From an uncultured Acidobacteriota bacterium (GTDB lineage: Bacteria; Acidobacteriota; Vicinamibacteria; Vicinamibacterales; UBA2999): DNA of 64,000 nt. The position numbers and the translations under genes were made by a program. Below are positions 46,001 to 55,736 of this stretch, one piece after another. The notes beneath the pieces were generated by a model that ran no database searches, was not told the origin of the DNA, and saw nothing but the letters and a program-made list of their open reading frames with translations. Numbering within the stretch: the stretch's first letter is position 1; each line of letters begins with the position of its first letter. The stretch lies in contig CAWHBF010000010.1 of the NCBI GenBank assembly GCA_963827515.1, positions 5,295-69,294 of the forward strand. The letters run 5' to 3'.

Positions 46001-48789
46001 ACACCATGATCGGCAACTTGCGGCTGACCACCGACCGCAACACCGAGCAGGACTGGCTGAAGGGTAACCTCGCGCGATTCACCGGCATGCTTCAGGGGCA
46101 ACGGGATCTCGCGACCGTGGGCAAGATGCTGCTGACCGAGCTGGTTCCACTCGTGAACGCGCATCAGGGAGTGATCTACCAGAACGTGGATTCTGGTCCG
46201 AAGGGGCACCTGAGACTGTTGGCCGGGTATGCCGAGGCTCCCGGCAATCCATACCCTCAGCAGATTCGACTGGGTGAAGACCTCGTGGGACAGTGCGCCA
46301 GGGACAGACGGCGCATCCTCGTCACCGACGTGCCCACCGATACCGTTCCGGTGGCTTCCGTCTTTTTCAAAGCGTTGCCACGCAACGTCGTGGTGTTTCC
46401 TGTCGTCTTCGAGGGACAGATCAAGGCCGTCATCAGCCTGGCGTCGCTGAACGACTTCTCCCCGACGCACCTCGGGTTTCTGGAACAGCTGACGGCGAGC
46501 ATCGGCATCGTGCTCAACAGCATCGAGGCGACGATGCAGACGGAAGGACTGCTCGAGCAATCACAGCAGTTGGCCGGCGAACTGCAGACGCAGCAGAAGG
46601 AACTCCAGCAGACCAACGAACAGCTGGCGCTCAAGGCGCAGCAGCTCGCCGAACAGAACGCCGAAGTCGAGCGCAAGAATCAGGAGATCGAACAAGCCCG
46701 ACGCGCCCTCGAGGACAAAGCGGCCGAACTGGCACTGACGTCCAAGTACAAGTCGGAATTCCTCGCCAACATGTCCCACGAGCTGCGAACCCCGCTCAAC
46801 AGCATTCTGATCCTCGGGCAGCAGCTCACCGACAACCCGGACCGCAACCTGTCAGAGAAACAGGTGGAATATGCGCGCACGATTCATGGCGCTGGAACGG
46901 ATCTCCTGAATCTGATCACAGACATTCTCGACCTGTCGAAGATCGAGTCTGGCACCGTGACCGTGGAGGCCGAGGAGGTGTTCTTCACAGGGCTCCTCGA
47001 CATGGTGGGCCGCACGTTCAAGCACGAAGCAGAGAGCCGGGGCCTCTTCTTCGAGGTGCACGTGGATTCGGGGCTGGGCGGGGGCCTCGTGACCGACTCC
47101 AAGCGCCTGCACCAGGTGCTGAAGAACCTGCTGTCCAACGCGTTCAAGTTCACCGCGCACGGCGGCGTCCGGCTGAATGTCTCAGAAGCCGCTGGCGGCT
47201 GGACGCCGACCCATCCGCTGCTGAGTCAGGCGGAAAAGGTCGTGGCGTTCGAAGTCTCGGACACGGGCATCGGCATTCCACCGGAGAAGCAGCGCATCAT
47301 CTTCGAGGCCTTCCAGCAGGCCGATGCCAGCACGAGCCGCAAGTACGGCGGGACCGGTCTTGGCCTGGCCATCAGCCGTGAGCTCTCGAGCCTGCTCGGC
47401 GGCGAAATCCAGCTGCGCAGCATGCGGGGCGTCGGCAGCACGTTCACGCTCTATCTGCCCATCCGCTACGCCGGACCGTCAGTGGTCTTGCCGTCCGACG
47501 GCGCGGCAGCAACTGGTTCGCATGCTTTGACGACGCTGGTCAGTTTCCCGACGCTTCGGGCGTCCGAGCGGCCGCTGGAGGTCATCGCCGACGATCGCGG
47601 CGATATCCAGCCCGGCGATCCGACGCTGCTCGTGGTCGAAGATGATCCACGCTACGCGCGCATCCTGGTCAACCTGGCGCACGACAGGGGGCTGAAGGTG
47701 CTCGTGGCCATGAACGGCGCCGATGCCTTGACGCTTGCACGCCAGTTCCGACCGACCGCCGTGTCGCTGGACGTGTTTCTGCCGGACATGCTCGGATGGT
47801 CGGTGCTCAGCCAGCTGAAGCAGGACCCGGATACGCGTCACATTCCGGTGCAGATCGTGACCCTGGATGAGGATCGGCAGCATGGCCTCGCACGAGGGGC
47901 GTTCTCCTTCATCAGCAAGCCGACGACGACTGAAGGGCTGGAGGCGGCGATATCGCGAATCATGGAGTACGCGACGCCGCGAAAGAAGCGGCTGCTGGTC
48001 GTCGAAGACAACGCCGCGGAGCAGATGAGCATAAGAGAGCTGCTCGGCCACGACGATCTGGACATCGTCACGGCGGACACCGGGGAGGCCGCGCTCGCCG
48101 CGATGGCCGACCATCCATGTGACTGCGTGGTACTCGACCTCCGGCTGCCCGACATGTCCGGATTCGACGTGCTGGACCGCATCAGCCAGAACAAGGACCT
48201 GTCGGACACCCCGGTTGTGGTCTTCACCGGCCGCGAACTGTCAGTCGAGGAAGACACGCAACTCCACGATCGCGCCCGCAGCGTGGTCGTGAAGGGGGTC
48301 GAGTCTCCGGAGCGGCTGCTCGACGAGACATCCTTGTTCCTCCACCGGGTCCTCGCGGACCTGCCGGCGGAAAAACAGCGGATGCTGGAGCGACTGCATC
48401 GGTCGGACGACGATTTGATCGGCAAATCGGTGCTCGTCGTGGATGACGACGTGCGGAACATCTTCGCCTTGAGCAGCGTGCTGGAGCGACGGGGGATGCA
48501 GGTGCTCACGGCGAGCACGGGTAACGAGGCGACCACGCTGCTCGAGACCACCCCGGACGTGGCGATCGTGCTGATGGACATCATGATGCCTGAAATGGAC
48601 GGCTATCAGACGATGCAGACCATCAGGCAACACCCTGCGCTGCGGCGGCTGCCGATCGTCGCATTGACGGCGAAGGCCATGAAGGGAGACCGCGAAAAGT
48701 GCTTCGAAGCGGGCGCCTCCGATTACCTCGCCAAACCGGTCAACACCGAGCAACTGTTGTCAGTCCTCCGTATGTGGCTCCATCGCTGA
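45493..48789 (+). CDS. Poly-HAMP hybrid sensor kinase, C-terminal fragment (last HAMPs, GAF, HisKA, HATPase_c, three REC domains)
   Basis: Meaningful sequence starts at about 45563 ([20 protein letters not shown]..). GAF-like [31 protein letters not shown], a coiled coil, the H-box [16 protein letters not shown], HATPase boxes ([23 protein letters not shown]) and receivers [14 protein letters not shown].., [14 protein letters not shown].., [26 protein letters not shown]. Confidence 0.9.
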   Translation: MWRARSAPRVCWVVRRRCRVSQGTWKDLTDNVNVMAANLTEQVRGIVKVVTAVADGDLGQNLTVKAKGEVAALAETINNMTGTLATFADQVSSVAREVGVEGRLGGQANVPGAAGTWKDLTGNVNLLAANLTTQVRAIAEVATAVTKGDLTRSIQVGARGEVAELKDNINTMIGNLRLTTDRNTEQDWLKGNLARFTGMLQGQRDLATVGKMLLTELVPLVNAHQGVIYQNVDSGPKGHLRLLAGYAEAPGNPYPQQIRLGEDLVGQCARDRRRILVTDVPTDTVPVASVFFKALPRNVVVFPVVFEGQIKAVISLASLNDFSPTHLGFLEQLTASIGIVLNSIEATMQTEGLLEQSQQLAGELQTQQKELQQTNEQLALKAQQLAEQNAEVERKNQEIEQARRALEDKAAELALTSKYKSEFLANMSHELRTPLNSILILGQQLTDNPDRNLSEKQVEYARTIHGAGTDLLNLITDILDLSKIESGTVTVEAEEVFFTGLLDMVGRTFKHEAESRGLFFEVHVDSGLGGGLVTDSKRLHQVLKNLLSNAFKFTAHGGVRLNVSEAAGGWTPTHPLLSQAEKVVAFEVSDTGIGIPPEKQRIIFEAFQQADASTSRKYGGTGLGLAISRELSSLLGGEIQLRSMRGVGSTFTLYLPIRYAGPSVVLPSDGAAATGSHALTTLVSFPTLRASERPLEVIADDRGDIQPGDPTLLVVEDDPRYARILVNLAHDRGLKVLVAMNGADALTLARQFRPTAVSLDVFLPDMLGWSVLSQLKQDPDTRHIPVQIVTLDEDRQHGLARGAFSFISKPTTTEGLEAAISRIMEYATPRKKRLLVVEDNAAEQMSIRELLGHDDLDIVTADTGEAALAAMADHPCDCVVLDLRLPDMSGFDVLDRISQNKDLSDTPVVVFTGRELSVEEDTQLHDRARSVVVKGVESPERLLDETSLFLHRVLADLPAEKQRMLERLHRSDDDLIGKSVLVVDDDVRNIFALSSVLERRGMQVLTASTGNEATTLLETTPDVAIVLMDIMMPEMDGYQTMQTIRQHPALRRLPIVALTAKAMKGDREKCFEAGASDYLAKPVNTEQLLSVLRMWLHR

Positions 48790-48802
48790 GGCGGCCGTCA
48801 CC

Positions 48803-50410
48803 ATGACCAATGCGACGCGAATCGACCGGGTCAATATCCTCCTCGTTGACGACCAGCCGTCGAAGCTGCTCACCTACGAGACCATTCTCGGCGGGCTCGG
48901 CGAACACCTGATCAAAGCGAGTTCCGCGACAGAAGCGCTCGAGTGTCTGTTGAAGCACGACATCGCGGTCGTACTCGTCGACGTGTGCATGCCGGACTTC
49001 GACGGCTACGAGCTCGCGGGAATGATTCGGCAGCACCCGAGATTTCAGCAGACCTCCATCATCTTCGTGTCCGCGATTCTCATGACCGATCTGGACCGTA
49101 TTCGCGGCTACGAATGCGGCGCCGTCGACTACGTGCCGGTGCCGGTGGTGCCGGAAATCCTTCGCGCCAAGGTGAGTGTCTTCGCAGAGCTGTACAGGAA
49201 GACGCGTGACCTCGAGCGCCTCAACCTCGAACTCGAACAGCGGGTGACCGAACGCACCGCCGCACTCGAGGCGACGACCGTCACCTTGCAGGAGGCTGAC
49301 CGGCGGAAAGACGAATTTCTCGCCATGGTTGCGCACGAGCTGAGGAATCCCTTGGCCCCGATTCGCACGGCCGCCCAGCTCTTGCGCGTGAAGGAGCTGG
49401 ACGAGTCGCATCGCGCGCGCGCCCGCGACATCATCGAGCGGCAGGTGGACCACCTGGTGTGTCTGATCGACGACCTTCTGGACGTGTCCCGCATCACCAG
49501 AGGCGTGATCACGCTGCGCCGAGAGCCGGTGTTGCTTGGTGCTGTGGTGGCACGTGCCGTCGAGAGCATGCGGCACGCGATCGACACGCGGCGACACGAG
49601 TTGAGAGTCGAGCTCCCAGACGAGCTCATCGCGGTCGAAGGCGACAAGACACGCCTCGTCCAGGTCATCGGCAACCTCCTGCACAACGCCGCGAAGTTCA
49701 CCGACGACGGCGGTCGAATCGTGCTGAAGGTCGGTCGCGAAGGCCGGTACGCGACCATCGGCGTCAAGGACACGGGCATCGGGATTTCCAGAGAACTTCT
49801 CCCGAAGGTCTTCGATCTCTTCACGCGGGTACATGCCAGCTCAGACCCTGGTGAGGGTGGCCTCGGCATCGGGCTGGCATTGGTACGCCGTCTCACCGAG
49901 ATGCATGGCGGCACCGTCACCGCGCACAGCGACGGCGTCGGCCTCGGCGCCGAATTCATCGTCCGCCTGCCGCTGGTCGCCACGCACACGATTCCGATGG
50001 AGCCCTCTTCCGACGCGAATCCCCTTCCCCTCATGGCGGCGCGTCGAATCGTCGTCGCCGACGACAATCACGACTCGGCTGACGTGCTCGCGACGCTGCT
50101 GGGACTCCACGGCCATGACGTGCGCGTGGCACACGACGGAATCGAGGTGCTCGCGATCGCCGAGACGTTCAAGCCACACGTCGTGCTGCTCGACCTTGGG
50201 ATGCCGAAGATGGATGGGTATGAAACGGCCCGGCAGACGCGTCAACGGCCGTGGGGCAAGGACGCGACGCTCATTGCACTGACGGGGTGGGGACAGCAGC
50301 AGGATCGTCAGCGGACCGCGGAGGCGGGTTTCGACGCGCACCTGGTGAAACCGGTGACGGATTCGGACCTCTTTCACTTGCTGGCGACGACGAAGGTCTC
50401 GGAAGGATGA
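48803..50410 (+). CDS. Hybrid REC-HisKA-HATPase_c-REC signalling protein
   Basis: ILLVDDQPSKLLTYETIL..VLVDVCMPDFDGYEL (REC), FLAMVAHELRNPLAPI (H-box), LLHNAAKFTD / DTGIGI / GGLGIGLALV (ATPase), IVVADDNHDSADVL..VLLDLGMPKMDGYE..KP (REC). The start is 14 nt after the upstream stop. Confidence 0.9.
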   Translation: MTNATRIDRVNILLVDDQPSKLLTYETILGGLGEHLIKASSATEALECLLKHDIAVVLVDVCMPDFDGYELAGMIRQHPRFQQTSIIFVSAILMTDLDRIRGYECGAVDYVPVPVVPEILRAKVSVFAELYRKTRDLERLNLELEQRVTERTAALEATTVTLQEADRRKDEFLAMVAHELRNPLAPIRTAAQLLRVKELDESHRARARDIIERQVDHLVCLIDDLLDVSRITRGVITLRREPVLLGAVVARAVESMRHAIDTRRHELRVELPDELIAVEGDKTRLVQVIGNLLHNAAKFTDDGGRIVLKVGREGRYATIGVKDTGIGISRELLPKVFDLFTRVHASSDPGEGGLGIGLALVRRLTEMHGGTVTAHSDGVGLGAEFIVRLPLVATHTIPMEPSSDANPLPLMAARRIVVADDNHDSADVLATLLGLHGHDVRVAHDGIEVLAIAETFKPHVVLLDLGMPKMDGYETARQTRQRPWGKDATLIALTGWGQQQDRQRTAEAGFDAHLVKPVTDSDLFHLLATTKVSEG

Positions 50411-50462
50411 GGAATGAGACCGCGCCACTGACCAAACCCGGTGTGGCGCGGTCTTCGGATGC

Positions 50463-51338
50463 CTACCTGACTGAACTTGACCGCGGCGCACCGCGGTAGG
50501 CGAGCATTTCCTGTCGCGACAGCACATCGTCGTTGTTCACGTCCAGCCGGTTGAACGCGGCGACCGTGCCGTGCCACTCGCGCGCGTCGATGCGCTCGTT
50601 GTTGTTCGTGTCCATATACTCGAAACTGTCGAGAGTGTCGTAGGCCATGTCATCAACAGTCCAGCCTTTGCGCGCTGATGCTTCGTTGACCTCTTCGCCC
50701 GACAGGACGTTGTCATTGTTCCAATCGTGCACATCGAATGACTGCCCGCTGCCCCGCCATTCATTGCGCCGGATCACGCCGTCATTGTCGGTGTCCATCG
50801 GGCGGAACCGTCGCTGATTGAGCGGCACGACCTGGGGCGTTGGCCGATTCGACGCCCAGGTCCCTGGCGCGCAGTAACGAACGCCCCCGGGTCCCGGCAC
50901 AGCCCAATCACCAAACTGCTGATCGTATTCGTTGGAGTCCACGATCCGATCGATGGCGGCTCCGATACCCTGGCGCTGCGCCAACTGCGCATGAACGCGC
51001 TGGCCAGCGGCATCGGGCTGCCGTCCGAGAATGTGGCGATACAACTGAGCGATCGATCGCTCGTACGTCACACTCTCACCGGCTTCCCGTTGAAGGAAGC
51101 GATTCGTGTGCTCTTCGGAACTCGCGATCTGCCGAACGAGCTCACGAACGGTGGTCCGGCCGCCTTGAAGCTCCTGGATCCAACCCGCGCTCCCGGCATC
51201 GGGTTGGCGCTCGAGCATGTGTCGATATAGTTCGTTGACGACCCGACGAGCGTCCGTGGTGCATGGCTGCTGAGCCATCGCGATGGCGGGACTCAAAGTC
51301 AACGCCAGGAACGTGATCGTTGCGCGGAACATGGGCAC
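50463..51338 (-). CDS. Exported protein with two DUF4214-like repeats and four EF-hand calcium-binding loops
   Basis: Signal MFRATITFLALTLSPAIAMAQQ. LYRHMLERQPDAGSAGW and LYRHILGRQPDAAG resemble DUF4214. The loops DTDNDGVIRRNEW, DWNNDNVLSGEEV, DTNNNERIDAREW and DVNNDDVLSRQEM fit the DxDxDG-type EF-hand. Confidence 0.75.
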   Translation of the reverse strand: MPMFRATITFLALTLSPAIAMAQQPCTTDARRVVNELYRHMLERQPDAGSAGWIQELQGGRTTVRELVRQIASSEEHTNRFLQREAGESVTYERSIAQLYRHILGRQPDAAGQRVHAQLAQRQGIGAAIDRIVDSNEYDQQFGDWAVPGPGGVRYCAPGTWASNRPTPQVVPLNQRRFRPMDTDNDGVIRRNEWRGSGQSFDVHDWNNDNVLSGEEVNEASARKGWTVDDMAYDTLDSFEYMDTNNNERIDAREWHGTVAAFNRLDVNNDDVLSRQEMLAYRGAPRSSSVR

Positions 51339-51613
51339 ATCCTCCTGCTAACTTGCTATGCCCATCCTTCGCACGACCCGTGCCGTCGGTCGCAACCACA
51401 GGAATCCTCAGGTCTTTGGCAGGATCCGAGAGGATTGCCCTCATGTACTGCCGTTTCTTACCTTCCGACGAACAAAGTTACAAGCAATTCCGTGCCGCAC
51501 GGGCTCGTGGACCTAATTCAGGACACTCAGCACCCAGCATAGGCTCACCCAGTGCCCAGCATAGTCACTCTGTGGATCTGTAGTTGGTGAGAGGTTTGCA
51601 CTGGAAGTGGTAC

Positions 51614-53035
51614 ATGACTGCTCGAAGATTCGTTCAGCGGGGTGCGAGCCCCCTGTCCGTGTTGCTCGCAGCGTTCGCCCTTGTCACTCTGTCAGCGCAG
51701 ACCCGAATAACGCCTGACAAGAACAGTTATTCCGTGGCGGACGACATCAAACTAGGACAGGAGGCGTCGGCCGAGGCCAGGAAGGAACTGCCGATGCTCA
51801 ACGACAATCGCGTCGACGACTACGTCGAGGATGTCGGTGCGCAGCTGGCTGGGGCGATACCGGCGGAGCTGCGTCACGCTGGGTTCCGCTACACGTTCGA
51901 CGTGGTGAACCAGAAAGAGATCAACGCGTTCGCGCTGCCGGGCGGCCCGATGTTTCTCAACCGCGGCATGATGGAAGCGGCCAAGAGTGAGGCTGAGATG
52001 GCTGGTGTGATGGCGCACGAGATCTCGCACGTCGCGCTGCGCCATGGGACGGCCCAAGCCACCAAGGGGCAGAAGTTTCAGATTGGCGCCGTGGCCGGCC
52101 AAATTCTCGGCGCGATTATCGGAGGCGCTGCGGGGAGCGTGATTTCGCAGGGCTCCCAGTTCGGTCTTGGTGCCTATTTCCTGAAGTATGGGCGTGAGTA
52201 CCAGCGGCAGGCGGACTTGTTGGGTGCCCAGATCATGGCCCGAGCGGGGTACGACCCACGGGAAATGGCCAACATGTTCAAGACGATCCAGGCCGAAGGC
52301 GGCCGTAGCGGCCCTGAATGGCTGAGCAGCCACCCTGACCCCGGCAATCGCTACAACGCCATCGTCAAGGAAGCGTCGATGCTGCGGATTGATGGGAATG
52401 CGAACACGGGCCAGTTCCAAACGATCAGGGCGCGCCTTGGAGGGATGTCGCCCGCCTACACAGCAGAGCAGATCGCGAAGGGGCAGGCACGGAGCAACAC
52501 CAGCAGTAACCGGACAACGAGCGGTAGCGAACGCCGAAGCGTCACCGTCGAGCCGCCATCCTCTCAATTCCGGACGCACTCGCCCGCGAACTTCTTGCGA
52601 GTCAGCGTACCGGCGAACTGGCGGGATCTGCCGTCTGGCGATTCCCAGACCTACGCCCCGGACAGCGGGTACGTCGAGACTGACGGTGGGCAATCGGCGT
52701 TCACACACGGCGTGCAGATTGGAGTCGCGCAGGGAAGCAGCGGCAACCTCCAACGAGACACCGAGCAATTGGTGCAGACATTCGCCAGAACGAATCCTGA
52801 TCTGGCCTCGGCAGGGAGAGCGCGTAACGAAACCATCGGTGGACGCAGCGGCATCACAACTCCGCTCAGCAACGTCTCGGACGTCACGGGGGAGCGGGAG
52901 TATGTCAGCGTGTCGACCACGCAGCTGCGAGACGGCAGCCTGCTCTACATCATTGGCGTCGCGCCTCAGACCGAGGCCGGCACCTACGAGCAGGTATTCA
53001 GGAGAGTGCGCCAGTCCGTTCGAATCACCGACTAG
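51614..53035 (+). CDS. M48-family zinc metalloprotease, exported (paralog 1)
   Basis: ATG 51614 and signal-like SVLLAAFALVTLSAQ. INAFALPGGPMFLNRGM, the HExxH motif AHEISHVALRHG, and later REYQRQADLLGAQIMARAGYDP. Confidence 0.85.
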   Translation: MTARRFVQRGASPLSVLLAAFALVTLSAQTRITPDKNSYSVADDIKLGQEASAEARKELPMLNDNRVDDYVEDVGAQLAGAIPAELRHAGFRYTFDVVNQKEINAFALPGGPMFLNRGMMEAAKSEAEMAGVMAHEISHVALRHGTAQATKGQKFQIGAVAGQILGAIIGGAAGSVISQGSQFGLGAYFLKYGREYQRQADLLGAQIMARAGYDPREMANMFKTIQAEGGRSGPEWLSSHPDPGNRYNAIVKEASMLRIDGNANTGQFQTIRARLGGMSPAYTAEQIAKGQARSNTSSNRTTSGSERRSVTVEPPSSQFRTHSPANFLRVSVPANWRDLPSGDSQTYAPDSGYVETDGGQSAFTHGVQIGVAQGSSGNLQRDTEQLVQTFARTNPDLASAGRARNETIGGRSGITTPLSNVSDVTGEREYVSVSTTQLRDGSLLYIIGVAPQTEAGTYEQVFRRVRQSVRITD

Positions 53036-53100
53036 AGCGTTTCAATTCGCTCGCGTACGATCCGCGGAGGCTAGCCTCCGCTTACCGCGCTCGACGGCGT
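53032..53100. repeat. Palindromic intergenic repeat, degenerate copy C
   Basis: Begins at the M48 stop codon with the same CTAGAGCGTTT..ATTCGC lead as copies A and B. Contains the GCGGAGGC-TA-GCCTCCGC hairpin (53064-53081). The right arm has diverged. Confidence 0.5.
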
Positions 53101-53121
53101 GCAGCAACGGGCGAACCGAGG

Positions 53122-54480
53122 TCAGCCGGGCTCGCCCCTTCGATACTCCTGAAGGCGGTTGTAGAGCGTCTTGAGGCTGATGCCGAGTACGTCGGCGCTC
53201 TTGGCCTTGCTGCCATCGAAGTGCGAGAGGGTGGCCACGATGAGGCGCTGCTCCGCATCCGCGAGCTTCATCCCCACGTGGACATTGAGACCGTCGTCGG
53301 TTCTCGGCCCGGCGAGGCCTGGATTTCTGACCTCTGGAGGCAGGCATTCCGGCGTCAGATCCTTCGACGCCATGATGTAGGCGCTATACACGGCGTTCTT
53401 GAGCTCACGCACGTTCCCTGGCCAGGAGTATTCACGGAGCAGCTTCGCGGCCTCCGGAGACAATCGTTTCTCGACGCCTTCGCTCTCGGAGATCTGCTGC
53501 AGGAAGCGCCCGGCGAGCAACTCGACGTCGTCGATCCGATCCCGCAGGCGCGGAATCGTGAGCTGAAACACTTTGAGGCGGTAATAGAGATCGTCGCGCA
53601 GGCGGCCCTGCCTGATCGCTTCCTCCGGATCGCGATTCGTGGCGGCGATGAACCGTATGTCGACGGTGAGCGGCGACTCCCCGCCCGTGCGCATGAACGA
53701 GCCAGTCTCCAGGACTCGCAGGAGCTTGACCTGCAGGTCCATGGGCATCTCTGTCACCTCGTCCAAAAGCAGAGTGCCACGCGTCGCCTGCTCGAACACG
53801 CCCTTGTGCCGGCGATCGGCGCCCGTGAAACTGCCCCGCTCGTGGCCGAACAACTCGCTCTCGATCAACGTCGGAGATATCGCCCCACAGTTGAGGGCGA
53901 CGAATGGACCGAGTCTTCGCCGGCTCAGGTCGTGCAGCGTACGCGCCACGAGCTCTTTCCCCGTGCCGCTCTCACCAACGATCAGGACCGTAGCATTGGT
54001 CGGCGCTACGAGGGAGATCTGCTGATAGATCTCCTGCATCCGCGCGGACGCGCCCACGAGCACCCCGAAAGACCCTTGAGTCGCGAAATTGGATCGAAGC
54101 GCCTCGATCTCCTGCTTGAGGCCGCGCGTACGGGCGAGATCGCTGAGAATCGTCCGCAAACGTCCGATGTCGATCGGCTTGGTCAGGTAATCCGACACGC
54201 CCCGGCGAAGCCCCTCGATGGCCGTGACGACGCTCGCCTGTCCGGTCATCAGCACGACGCTCGGCGCTGACGCGAGATCGAGGTCGTCAAGCAGACTCAT
54301 GCCCTCACCATCGGGCAGGTGCAAGTCCAGCAGAATCACTTCGGGCGGGCGCGTCTGCAACTGTTGCCGCGCATCCTGAAGCGTGCGCGCGCGTGCCACG
54401 GTGAAGCCCTCGGCCTCCACTACTTCGGCGAGTGAGGACAGCGTCGCGGAATGGTCGTCGACGATCAGCGCGTGGGGCAT
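53122..54480 (-). CDS. Sigma54-dependent response regulator (NtrC family: REC, AAA+ sigma54-interaction, Fis-type HTH)
   Basis: ATG 54480: MPHALIVDDHSATLSSL..VILLDLHLPDGEG. GESGTGKELVARTLH (Walker A), ESELFGHERGSFTGA (GAFTGA loop), LLLDEV (Walker B). C-terminal KSADVLGISLKTLYNRLQEY. Confidence 0.9.
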   Translation of the reverse strand: MPHALIVDDHSATLSSLAEVVEAEGFTVARARTLQDARQQLQTRPPEVILLDLHLPDGEGMSLLDDLDLASAPSVVLMTGQASVVTAIEGLRRGVSDYLTKPIDIGRLRTILSDLARTRGLKQEIEALRSNFATQGSFGVLVGASARMQEIYQQISLVAPTNATVLIVGESGTGKELVARTLHDLSRRRLGPFVALNCGAISPTLIESELFGHERGSFTGADRRHKGVFEQATRGTLLLDEVTEMPMDLQVKLLRVLETGSFMRTGGESPLTVDIRFIAATNRDPEEAIRQGRLRDDLYYRLKVFQLTIPRLRDRIDDVELLAGRFLQQISESEGVEKRLSPEAAKLLREYSWPGNVRELKNAVYSAYIMASKDLTPECLPPEVRNPGLAGPRTDDGLNVHVGMKLADAEQRLIVATLSHFDGSKAKSADVLGISLKTLYNRLQEYRRGEPG

Positions 54481-54485
54481 GGAAC

Positions 54486-55532
54486 CTATTGACGAAACGG
54501 CAAGCGAATGGCGAACCGAGCCCCTGAATCCGTCGGTTCGAGCGTCGCCGTGCCACCGTGAGCGTGAGCGACGCTCCTGACGACATACAGACCCAGTCCA
54601 AGTCCCTGACCCTTGGTCGAAAAAGACAGGTCCCAAATCAAGTGACGAAGCTCTTCGGGGATTCCAGGACCAGAATCAGAAACCGCCAGGACGGCGATGG
54701 CGCCGTCCGTGGTGAGCGTGAGCGCGAGATCGCCGCCGCGAGGCATGGCTTCGAGTGCGTTGCTGGCGAGGTTCAGCATCGCCAGTCTCAGCTCACCTGG
54801 ACGGCCGACGACTTCGATGGTGTTGTCCGAGGCATCGACCCGCATCATGACACGTTGCCTCTCCGCCCGCGCCCGAAGCAGAGAAACGACCGATTCGAGG
54901 ATATCGGCGAGGCGACAGCGCGTCGGCGCTTGATCGAAGCGACTCTCGTCGAGCACGCCGCCAACCGACACCGTCAACGCACCGAGCTCCTGCCGGATCG
55001 ACTGGAGGTAACGCCGCTGTAGGTGCCCCCCCTGTTCTCCGCCGGCGCCGAGCTCGACCGTGCGGTTCAGCAGCTCCAGGCTCAACGTCATGGAGTTCAG
55101 GGAGTTTCTGAAATCGTGGGCCGCCGTTGCGTACAGCGACGCCAGGATCTGATACTGACTGGCCAGAAGCAACGCGCTCTCGAGTGTGGCGGAGCCTTCT
55201 GCTGATCGCCGAACGACGAGGCGGTAGCCGGCGGAGTCAACCTTCTCGGTGGCCTGTACCTCGCACCGCACGCGCCGAGTGTGCCCTCCCTGCTCGAGGG
55301 ACAGGTCAATACTCTGCGCTACGTCCGCGTACCCGCGGAGCAAGGGGGCCAACTGCGCATGAATGGCGTTCCACCGGGATCTCAAATCCTCTGGATCCGA
55401 CGCACCGAGAAGCTCACATGCCACGGGCGTCGCGTCATGGACCTGCCCTTCGGGCCCGAGGAGCACGAGACCCTCGTGTAGTGGGGTGGCGCGGCCCAAC
55501 CCAGAGGCGACGTGGCTGAGATCAAGGCTCAT
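54486..55532 (-). CDS. Sensor histidine kinase (cytoplasmic PAS-like N-terminus, HisKA, HATPase_c), partner of the NtrC-like regulator
   Basis: YATAAHDFRNSLNSMTLSLELL (H-box), NLASNALEAMP, SDSGPGIPEE, GQGLGLGLYVV. The stop is 5 nt before the regulator start. No TM segment is visible. Confidence 0.85.
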   Translation of the reverse strand: MSLDLSHVASGLGRATPLHEGLVLLGPEGQVHDATPVACELLGASDPEDLRSRWNAIHAQLAPLLRGYADVAQSIDLSLEQGGHTRRVRCEVQATEKVDSAGYRLVVRRSAEGSATLESALLLASQYQILASLYATAAHDFRNSLNSMTLSLELLNRTVELGAGGEQGGHLQRRYLQSIRQELGALTVSVGGVLDESRFDQAPTRCRLADILESVVSLLRARAERQRVMMRVDASDNTIEVVGRPGELRLAMLNLASNALEAMPRGGDLALTLTTDGAIAVLAVSDSGPGIPEELRHLIWDLSFSTKGQGLGLGLYVVRSVAHAHGGTATLEPTDSGARFAIRLPFRQ

Positions 55533-55655
55533 GTTCAGTTGACTGGGGAGGGGCTCCAAACCGGGCGCCGGTTCCAAACAAGAACGATACTATCGGCCAC
55601 GGCGGGTCGGCAAGCACCAAGGAACCAGCCTCCGGCATGGCGACCCGCCTGCTCG

Positions 55656-55672
55656 TGGGCACGTACGTTGCT
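55656..55672 (+). promoter_or_regulatory. Sigma54 (-24/-12) promoter
   Basis: TGGGCACGTACGTTGCT contains GGCACG-N4-TTGC with exactly 10 nt between the GG and GC dinucleotides (consensus TGGCACG-N4-TTGCW). It lies 65 nt upstream of ATG 55737, in the divergent intergenic region next to the NtrB/NtrC-like pair. Confidence 0.7.
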
Positions 55673-55736
55673 TCTTCCGTGGGAATCGGGTGGTCTCGGG
55701 GGGCTTCCCCTTCCGAGCCCCGGCATAGGGAGAAGC

